Shown: in pieces, positions 54,299 through 64,000 of the stretch
Layout of the letters: each line of letters opens with the position of its first letter
Position numbering within the stretch: the first letter of the stretch is position 1
Source: Octopus vulgaris
Taxonomy: Eukaryota
Assembly: GCA_951406725.2 (NCBI GenBank)
Contig: OX597827.1
Coordinates: 46,376,001-46,440,000, forward strand
Direction of reading: 5' to 3'
DNA length: 64,000 nucleotides
Translations under genes and position numbers: made by a program
The notes under the pieces: model-generated
What the model was told of the DNA's origin: nothing
The model's input: the letters and a program-made list of their open reading frames with translations, nothing else
Databases searched by the model: none

Positions 54299-54361
54299 TT
54301 CGCGTCTTGTCCTTACCTTCGAAACGCGGAGTAGACGACACAGGGACAACTGAAGAAGGGG
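54299..54361 (+). ncRNA. Candidate hammerhead ribozyme with non-canonical strand order (pseudoknotted)
   Basis: UUCGC-GUC|UUGUCC...CUUC-GAAA-CGCGGA...GGACAA-CUGAAGA-A-GGGG: all core motifs present and all three stems can pair. Confidence 0.5.
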
Positions 54362-54571
54362 AATATTCCTTGTGTTGTATGTCTTGTACTATGTTTTTTC
54401 ATTGTTTTAAAAAAAGTTCGTTTCCATGTTTTTGTTTTTATGTTTTCGTTTCTCATTGTGTTCAACGTTTTTTTGATGTCCTGCACCCATATATGCATGT
54501 ATATATACATATAGATGTAGGTATGTACATATATGTATGTATATATGCATATATTTATATATTATTTATAT

Positions 54572-54623
<52 letters not shown>

Positions 54624-55550
54624 ACCTACTTTGTAGGTTACACACACACTCTTCACACACGCACACGCACACACTCACACACACCCACATATGATACGTA
54701 AGTGGTAATACATTATAATTTCAAGGTTTAGTTATTTCATCTCTTCAATTTCAAATCCTGTTTCGGATTAAGCTAATCTTTTTAACAGCTTGTGTTAACA
54801 AACTGTCAACAAACTATTACGTGTGTGTGTGTGTGTGTGTATGTTTGTACACGTAAAGTATATAAATGTTTGTGAGTGCATGTATGTATATATATGTATA
54901 TATCTCTCCCTCTCTCTCTCTCTTCCTCTCTCTCTCTTCCTCTCTCTCTCTTCCTCTCTCTCTCTTCCTCTCTCTCTCTTCCTCTCTCTCTCTTCCTCTC
55001 TCTCTCTCTCTCTCATCACACTCACACACACATCTAATATTGACATACATGCATGCATATGTATGTAACTTGTCTTTACGTATTTTTGTAGGTATTTGGT
55101 ATTGTTGATCAGTTTGTAGAAAGCATGAGTTTTAATTGATGGTATAGAGTAAAATTTATTGATCATATCGACTTGAGTGGGAATTCCAACTTCCCCTTTA
55201 ACCAGTTTGGTTAAATAAGCGGTTAGCGTCAAAACTTGTCAAAAATTATATCATATCATGAAACGAGTGTATGTGGTTATGTATGTGTGTTTAACCCCGA
55301 AAGGCTCAGAGACGGTGCAGTCCTCGAGAAAAATGAAGATCATTTTCGAAATCTGCATCTCAATGACAATGTTGTCAGTAAATAATAATAATGATAATTT
55401 AATTAATAATATATGTTCCTACGAGAAATAGCTCAACTTTTAGATCTACAAATCTCCTACTCTCTATCTGTCATTACCAATCTGACTCTCTCTATTATTT
55501 ACCACACTCTTTATCGCTCTCTCTCTCTCTCTCCCTCCCCTTTGCCTCTT

Positions 55551-55590
<40 letters not shown>

Positions 55591-55882
55591 TCTCAATTAT
55601 TTCTCATGTATTGATTTCATTTTGTTTAAAACATCGTCTTCTGTTTTCTTTCATTTTATTATAGCTATCCTGTTTTCTGATTGGGTAAAAACGATCAAAA
55701 TTTAAAGCTCTATAACATTTTTCTAAACTTACTCTGGAATAAATGAATCACATAATCGTATTCCGCATGAAAAAGTACATCAATATACCAAATATGAAAA
55801 TTTTCACTTCATTTTAAAATTTCAAAATCTGTGACAGCAACAGAAAAATCTCATTTATCTCTTTCCGTTTCGGTTTTCTTAT

Positions 55883-56297
55883 ACTCTTTTACTCTTTTAC
55901 TTGTTTCAGTAATTTGACTGCGGCCATGCTGGAGCACCGCCTTTAATCGAACAAATCAACCCCTGGACCTACTTTTTGTAAGCTTAGCACTTATTCTATC
56001 GGTGCCTTTTGCTGAACCGCTAAGTTACGTGGACGTAAACACCCCAGTATCGGTTGTCAAGCGATGGTGGTGGGGGGACAAACACAGACAGACAGACACA
56101 CACACACACATACACACACACACGCACAAATATACGACAGGCTTCTTTCAGTTTCCGTCTACCAAAACCACTCACAGGGCTTCGGTCGGCCCGAGGCTAT
56201 AGTAAAAGACACCTGCCCAAGGTGTTACGTAGTGCAACAGAACCCGGAACCATGTAGTTGGTAAGTAAGCTACTTACCACACAGCCACTCCTGCGTC
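55883..56297 (-). mobile_element. SINE family A
   Basis: Reverse-complement copy of 45593-46016. Confidence 0.88.
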
Positions 56298-56593
56298 TAT
56301 GATTAAGAAAAATTTCGAAAATAATGCCGAAATTTTAGGATTGTGGGGGGATGGGGGTGGATTAATGAAAACATTTTCTTAATTCACTATTGTCTTTAAA
56401 TTACACTTCGTTTTCAGTTTGAAAGTAAAGGGAGCGGTAATTATAATGGTAATCACCGATTTCCAGGAACATTTTTGTTTTAACCTTTAAAGCTTCTCCC
56501 ATCGTTTTTGGTGAAAAAAAAAATAATCATAAATTTTCAAAATCTTTTTTCTACACAAAGGGCATCTCCCATTGTTTTTAAGCGCGCAGTGCA

Positions 56594-56646
<53 letters not shown>

Positions 56647-56946
56647 GGAATTCTTAGAGGTTTGGATAATTCACCTTTGGAAACATGGGTGTTTCGTCCT
56701 TAAACAATCCTTATTCAGGGACCTTTTGAGTGGGATGGGCTACTTGACCAGAAAAAAATTCTAACTGGGCCCCACCTGCAAGGTCATGCGCTGTTTATCT
56801 TGATAGGAGATCACCAAGTCGTGCACATATGGTTGTGATGCATGTGCCTGGTGTACCCTTATCAGACGGGTAGTCATGATGGGTATACTGGGCTTTGAAT
56901 ATTTTACCCCAGTGTCACTTTGATGGCATGCACTGCTCTCTCACTC

Positions 56947-57005
<59 letters not shown>

Positions 57006-57176
57006 GACAAATTCCGTCCGGAAGGTGAGAGAAGGGGGATTCATAAATTTTCAAAAATATTTTTCGTAAATGTTTCCCCCCACCACCATCATTTGCAAGG
57101 GTGTGCTGAAAAAAAAAGTTGTACTATTCTGAAAGTCCACCAATGCAATACCCGACAACGACGGAATACTCAGCTA

Positions 57177-57247
<71 letters not shown>

Positions 57248-57349
57248 TGTGTGTGTGTGTGTGTGGAGGGAGAGAGAGGGGGAATGGGAGAGATAACCTG
57301 ACATAAACTGACAGAGAAAGAGAAACAGAAAGAGACAGAGAGAGAGTGT

Positions 57350-57451
<102 letters not shown>

Positions 57452-59037
57452 GAACGGGCCATGGCATTCCTTTTGGTGTAATTACCTTTGATTAACGAAG
57501 CAGAGTTTGACCGCTACAACAGATATTTCAAGACATAGGATCGTGGGATTTAATAATGAGAACAATCATATCCTGAATGTTTTGTGGTTTTAAACAGAAA
57601 GGTGAGGGCGCAACTCCTATAAATTAATTAAATTTGGAATTACGCTTGATTAACCAAGCAGAATCCGACCGCGACGACAGATCTTGACTAACGAGATATA
57701 GAGGATCTTGACATTTTGTTATTAAAAAGAAAAACAGGAATAAAACATCTGTGAGTGTCTGTTGCATTTTTTATGTACTTGCTCTACTTTATTAATCTCT
57801 TGCGCTCAGTATTTGCCGATGAAGACAATCATTAGTTTGCATTGGTATATATTTACATAGATGTACTATTAAACAGATACAGAACTCGATTAAATAGACC
57901 CAGTACTTGACTGATGTTGTTGTTGTTGTTTGTTCCTTCACGAGCCACGCCTGGCTCATAAGGGCCGGTTTCTTGGTTTCCTTGGCGTATAGGTTCCCCA
58001 CCTGGACGGGACGCCGGTCCGTCGCAGGCGAGCTGCAAGATGCAGGAGGAAAGAGTGAGAGAAAGTTGTGGCGAAAGAGTCAGCAGAAGTTCGCTATTAC
58101 CTTCTGCCGGAGCCGCGTGGAGCTTAGGTGTTTCGCTCATAAACACACACATCGCCAGGTCAGAGATCCGAAACCGCGATCCCTCAACCACGAGTACGCT
58201 GCTCTAACCACTAGGCCATGTGCCTCCACAGTACTTGACTGATACTTTATTTTTATTAACCATTAACTTAGCATGCCTTATAGTATACCAGCACCTTTAC
58301 ACGTCCTAGCTTCGGAGCCTGTACGCAGTCTCTCGACATACCAGGAATAACAGCCAAATAACCTCACATCACAACCTATCGTTAAAAAGCAAGAGAAAAA
58401 TACAAAAACAAGAAAGCCACTTTGGACAACACAGCATATACAAATCGATGGGATGATCATAAACGGAACGTCTTAGGTCACAGCTCTACTCGGCCAAGAC
58501 AGGCCTGAGAATAAACAACAGCAACAGTTTCGACAAAAACGAAAGCAACAACAGGAAGTGGAGGCGCAATGGCCCAGTGGTTAGGGCAACGGTCTCGCGG
58601 TCGTAAGAACGCGGTTTCGATCCCCGGTCCAGGCATTGTGAGTGTTTATTGAGCAAAAACGCTTAAGCTACACGAGGCTCCGGCGGTGAGTGGTGGTGAA
58701 CCTCGCTGTGCAATTTCACCACAACTTTCTCTCACTCTTTCTTCCTACATCTTCCACAAAGTAGAGGAACCATGGTGTAACCCGCTATGGTGTGGTAAAC
58801 TTTCAGACCCTAGTCTAGATTGCGAATCCTCTGTACCCCAGGATGGTTCAGTTCTCCACCCGTTAAAAGCCACCGTTTACTGAATGAGGATAACAACGTA
58901 GCTTTCGCGCCCGTGCAACCGCCAGTCTATCGCGTGTGATGGGTGGATCTTCAAGTTTCCGCACGCATTCTTAGTAGCTTAGAGTAGGCTCGAATTAGAG
59001 ATTATTCTTTGTGGCTGATGGCGTGAGTCCTGATTGG

Positions 59038-59125
59038 AAGAAGAAGAAGAAGAAGAAGAAGAGGAGGAAGAAGAAGAAGAAGAAGAAGAAGAAGAAGAAG
59101 AAGAAGAAGAAGAAGAAGAAGAAGA
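59038..59125. repeat. (GAA)n microsatellite
   Basis: Direct reading of the sequence. Confidence 0.95.
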
Positions 59126-59689
59126 CAAGAGGCACAGGGTAATAGTTACTATTACATAAAACCTCAGATCTTAGATTTTAAATGTATGGTGAGAGGTGGG
59201 GGCTGATTTGTGCACTTAAATGAGGAAAGAGAATTTTCAGGTTTATAGTCACAAGTCTCTGATTGAAATTTAACTTTATCGTTCAATAATGACAGCGAAG
59301 TCATTTAAATAATTTTATGTCTTCGAGTTAACAGAAATATTAGCTTCAATAAATTTTACTATCTCAAACTACAATGACTAAATTGCATGTTTGTTTGTGT
59401 ACATTTTTATTTTGTTTTAATGTGAGCCATGGGTGGTAGAAACGGTAAAGAACCAAATAAAATGTTTTGCAATAATTAAAAATTTGGTTTCATCCAGTAT
59501 ATCCTAAATTCAAATCCCACAGCAGTCTATTAACTATCTGGTAATTACCTTGCTTTGCTGCGCTGTTCATATATATATACACACACATGTGCGTGTGTGT
59601 GTTTGTATATACACATATACACAATTCAACATTAGAAATCGTTAATCCAGACACTTTTTTTTAACTCTCTGCCTTTTCTTTCCTCTTTC

Positions 59690-59725
59690 CTTTCTGTAGA
59701 AGGGCGTAGGCTCGAAACGTCAAAG
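59690..59725 (+). ncRNA. Hammerhead-like motif, CUGUAGA core (A6U variant)
   Basis: CUUU-CUGUAGA-A-GGGC-guag-GCUC-GAAA-C-GUC|AAAG. Confidence 0.55.
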
Positions 59726-59822
59726 ACTTCTTCCATTTTTCCTGAACGTCAAATTAATACACTTTGTTGTTCCTTCGCCTGTCGTTGTCGTTTGTTTTTC
59801 GTACAATTTTGAAGTGTATATA

Positions 59823-60245
59823 TGGCTGTGGGATAAGCGGCTTGCTTCCTAACCACGTGGTTCCGGATTCAGTCACACTGCGTGGCACCTTGGGCAAGTG
59901 TCTGCTACTCTAGCCTGAAGCCAATCAAAGCTTTGTGAGTAGATTTGGTAGACGGAAACTGAAAGAAGTCCGTCATATATATATGTGTGTGTGTGTGTGT
60001 GAGCGTACGTGTATGTGTGTGTATTTGTGTGTCTGTGTCTGACCCACTACCATCGCTTTACAACAGATGTTGGTGTGTTTACGTCCCCGTAAACACACCT
60101 ATTGGCTCTTTTTGTGGTTCGGCAAAAAGAGGCCGATAGAATAAGTACTAAGGCTTACAAAGTCCAGGAGTCGATTTGTTCGACTAAAGGCGGTGCTCTA
60201 ACATGGCCGCAGTCAAAATGACTGAAACAAGTAAAATAGTAAAAA
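59823..60245 (+). mobile_element. SINE family A (diverged)
   Basis: Homologous head, body and tail. Confidence 0.85.
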
Positions 60246-60463
60246 TGAGCTATAATGAAATTCTTTCAGTTATGGCCATAAATGTTTGTACCCTGTTGAT
60301 ATTGAAATTCCGATGAAGGAGCCTTGGATCTAGGTTAGAAACTGGCTTTTTCTCTATTGGCAAGAAATCTTGAAATAAAACTGAATTATGACATACATAC
60401 ATACATACATACATACATACATACATACATACATACATACATACATACATACATACATACATA

Positions 60464-60790
60464 CTGCTTCGAAACCTCCAGCATCTATATCCAGACTATG
60501 AATTCATATTCATACCAATAATAATCGTATCACTAGGTTTTGCTAGTAAATGCTTAAAGGAGGATCTGGATAAACTGGGATTTTCAGAAAGAGAAACTGA
60601 CCGGCTGATTCGTACAATAGAAGTGCAATCTGTGAGTGGAACAGTAAAAATATGCAAGACTTTTCTCAAGTTCCAAATGTCAATTTGTCTATGTTAACTA
60701 CATCTCAAAGATGGAGCCTTGTATCTTTGTTGGAAACCGGCTCCCTCCTCAGTGAAAGATTTATGATAATTAAAAAATAGAAGAGATATA
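60464..60790 (+). mobile_element. 5'-truncated RLE-type LINE 3' end inserted in (CATA)n
   Basis: LLRNLQHLYPDYEFIFIPIIIVSLG...SVSGTVKICKTFLKF; flanked by TACA repeats; related 3'UTR at about 60255-60390. Confidence 0.7.
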
Positions 60791-61368
60791 CATACATATA
60801 TACAGATATTCATACATATATGCATGCATACATACATACATACATACATACATACATACATACATACATACATACATACATACATACTACTGACATACAT
60901 ACATATCCATGTATTCTTGAGGTTGACCCAAGGTCAGCCTTAGGTGACCTAGGATTGAAAGTTATTCAATTCATCGCCATGGTAACCCTATCTCTTCTCC
61001 AGGCACAGTACATCTCACACTGTTTTTTTTTAAAGAGATTACGTTGGAATTTTTCAAATATATTTGTGTCACATATTTTCATTTACATATTCAGGCGCGC
61101 GCGCGCGCACACACACACACACACACACATACACACACACACACGCACAAACACACATATACATACACACAAACAAATATATATGTGTATGTGTGGGTGT
61201 ATGTGTTCTAGCTTCTCCGGGAAAGCGCATACACCCTTTCTCTCCTGCGTTCTGTTTGTCTGTTTCTCATAATGTGTGTGCATGTGTGTGTGTGAGTGAG
61301 TGTGTATGTATGTGTATATATATACATATATATACATACATACACACACACTCACACACACACACACA

Positions 61369-61414
<46 letters not shown>

Positions 61415-61646
61415 AGAGAGAGACAGGCAGACAAAGTGAGTGAGTGAGAGTGAATGATAAATAGACAGAGTGAGATACATACACACACACACACATATAT
61501 ACACACACACATACACGCACATATAGATAACAATATAGAGAGAGGCAATGAGAGAAATTGGCATGCTTGTGTGTGTGATTGCAGAATGGATGGGGTTCAT
61601 TTATCTACGCTTGATTCTGTATGTGCATAACTGTGCTTATGTTTTG

Positions 61647-61714
<68 letters not shown>

Positions 61715-61833
61715 TGCACACAAACAAATATATGTGTGTTTGCCTGAGAGCGTGTGTATAGATAGATGGACGGACATACGTAAGCACTTACATAGATAAA
61801 CACATACGGAGTCACGCATATATAATCATATAT

Positions 61834-62029
61834 ACTCTTTTACTCTTTTACTTGTTTCAGTCATTTGACTGCGGCCATGTTGGAGCACCGCCTTTAGTCG
61901 AGCAAATCGATCCCGGGACTTATTCTTTGTAAGCCCGGTACTTATTCTATCGGTCTCTTTTGCCGAACCGCTAAGTGACGGGGACGTAAACACACAAGCA
62001 TCGGTTGTCAGGTAATGCTAGGGGGACAA

Positions 62030-62094
<65 letters not shown>

Positions 62095-62259
62095 TACGAC
62101 AGGCTTCTTTCAGTTTCCGTCTACCAAATCCATTCACAAGGCATTGGTCGGCCCGGGGCTATAGCAGAAGACACTTGCCCAAGATGCCACGCAGTGGGAC
62201 TGAACCCGGAACCATGTGGTTGGTTAGCAAGCTACTTACCACACAGCCACTCCTGCGCC
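61834..62259 (-). mobile_element. SINE family A (full length)
   Basis: Reverse-complement copy, near-identical to 45593-46016. Confidence 0.9.
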
Positions 62260-62575
62260 TATAAGGGGCTTTATGAAATATATGCGTACCTCTTCGTATA
62301 CGGCTATGTGTATGACCATACAAGTATGTTTATACACAGAGGCGGGCATTTCAAGAAATAGCAGCTTCTTTCGCATTGTTTGGCTTTTTCTCTGTCCTAA
62401 ATAACGCATCAACCTTAAACCAATACAATTAACAATAACAATAAGCTTCGCCTTTTTTTAATTGTTTAGTCCTTCCGACTGTTTTTGGAGTACCTAATTC
62501 TTGGATTTCTCTCTGCCATTGGATTGTGCCAACCTTTTATTCATTCGGGGTACGCCATTCCTGCACCTTTGATTG

Positions 62576-62630
<55 letters not shown>

Positions 62631-62764
62631 TTGTGTTGTCTGTGTGTGTGTGTATAGCCTATAGGGTTTTCATTGCGCCCAGCTGGCAACATTAATTCTG
62701 TATTATATATATATGTGTGTATGTGTATGTATGCATATATACATATAAATATGTGTATTATATA

Positions 62765-62816
<52 letters not shown>

Positions 62817-63137
62817 TATACACATACATATATACACACACGCACACATACGCATATATATATATGCAAGCACACGCACACACACACATATATATATGCA
62901 TATACACACATAGATACAAGCATGCATATTATATACGGAGTACGAGGTGTATTTGAGGACACATTATTACCAGTATGTTGCTCTCTCCAAACCAATTAAC
63001 AGGTTCTATTTCTTTCAAATTTTACCATAGGCAGATAAGAATGCTCACACAAGAAATGAGAAGACATGCATCGTTGCCATATGTACGGCAAACAGTGATT
63101 TGGAAATCCGCCAACGTTCTAAATGTTGCAAGACCTT

Positions 63138-63418
63138 TTTGTGGGAAGCCTGTTGTTAGAACTCTGTTGTGGGAAGCCTGTTGGAGGAGGCCTGTTGTAG
63201 GAAGCCTGTTGTGGGAAACCTGTTGTAGGAAGCCTGTTGTGAGAAGCCTGTTGTGGGAAGCCTGTTGTAAGAAGCCTGTTGTGGGAAGCCTGTTGAGGGA
63301 AGCCTGCTGTAGCAAGCCTGTTGTGGGAAGCCTGTTGTGGGAGGCCTGCTGTGGGATGCCTGTTGTGGGAAGCCTGTTGTATGAAGCATGTTGTGGGAAG
63401 CCCGTTGTAGGAAGCCCC
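63138..63418. repeat. 14-bp minisatellite (TGTGGGAAGCCTGT)n, about 20 copies
   Basis: Direct reading of the sequence; explains the repetitive ORFs in this region. Confidence 0.9.
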
Positions 63419-63781
63419 GAAAGGATGAAAGGCAAAGTCGACCTCGGCGGAATTTGAACTCAGAACGTAACGGTAGACGAAATACGGCTACGCATTTCGC
63501 CCGGCGTGCTAACGTTTCTGCCAGCTCGTCGCCTTACGTGCACGAATTATTGACTAAAATGGATTTGTTTTTTGCCGGATTAAATTACCAACTATGTCTT
63601 CAAGTACATCTTGCATCTTGTGCATATACACATATATATATATATGTATATGTGTGTATGTACATACATGTGTGTGTGTGCGTGTGTCTGTGAGAGAGTG
63701 AGAGAGAGAGAAATTGTTAATTCGAAGTTTAATATAGGGATGGACTTTACAAACTGTAAAACGTGTAAAATATAAAATATA

Positions 63782-63843
<62 letters not shown>

Positions 63844-63938
63844 ATCCAAACATGAAAACACAAAGAGAAAACACAACAACGCGAGACACACATATGAACA
63901 TATACACACACTCACACACGCACACGCACACATACATG

Positions 63939-63995
<57 letters not shown>

Positions 63996-64000
63996 TGTAT

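Noticed and set aside
62975-63457. 160-aa Cys-rich repetitive ORF
   Set aside because: Product of the 14-bp minisatellite read through into a SINE.

Overview
AT-rich, microsatellite-dense eukaryotic DNA, most likely a coleoid cephalopod (Octopus), inferred from the SINE and microsatellite landscape. The minus strand carries the 5' part of a Draper/CED-1/MEGF10-11-type receptor gene. I read 14 GT-AG coding exons from the ATG at 42420 down to 705; all junction phases match. They encode a signal peptide, EMI domain, NIM repeat and tandem EGF repeats (about 554 codons), and the gene runs off the left edge. A candidate alternative terminal exon (26637-26595) would give a secreted isoform of about 224 aa, and an orphan 109-aa ORF lies upstream (51164-51493). 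Introns and upstream DNA hold a degenerate mariner, two non-autonomous Helitrons, MITEs, CR1/L2-like and R4/Dong-like LINE fragments, several tRNA-SINE families and Penelope RT/GIY-YIG remnants. The main non-coding signal is a set of Penelope-type hammerhead ribozymes (HHRs): a 533-bp retrozyme-like tandem/inverted array with four HHRs, several solo HHRs including U3-A8 and A6U core variants, and a motif at 54299-54361 that has all HHR core elements in a non-circularly-permuted, pseudoknotted order. Nearly all ORF-track entries are microsatellite artefacts. All structures were paired by eye; nothing was computed or searched.
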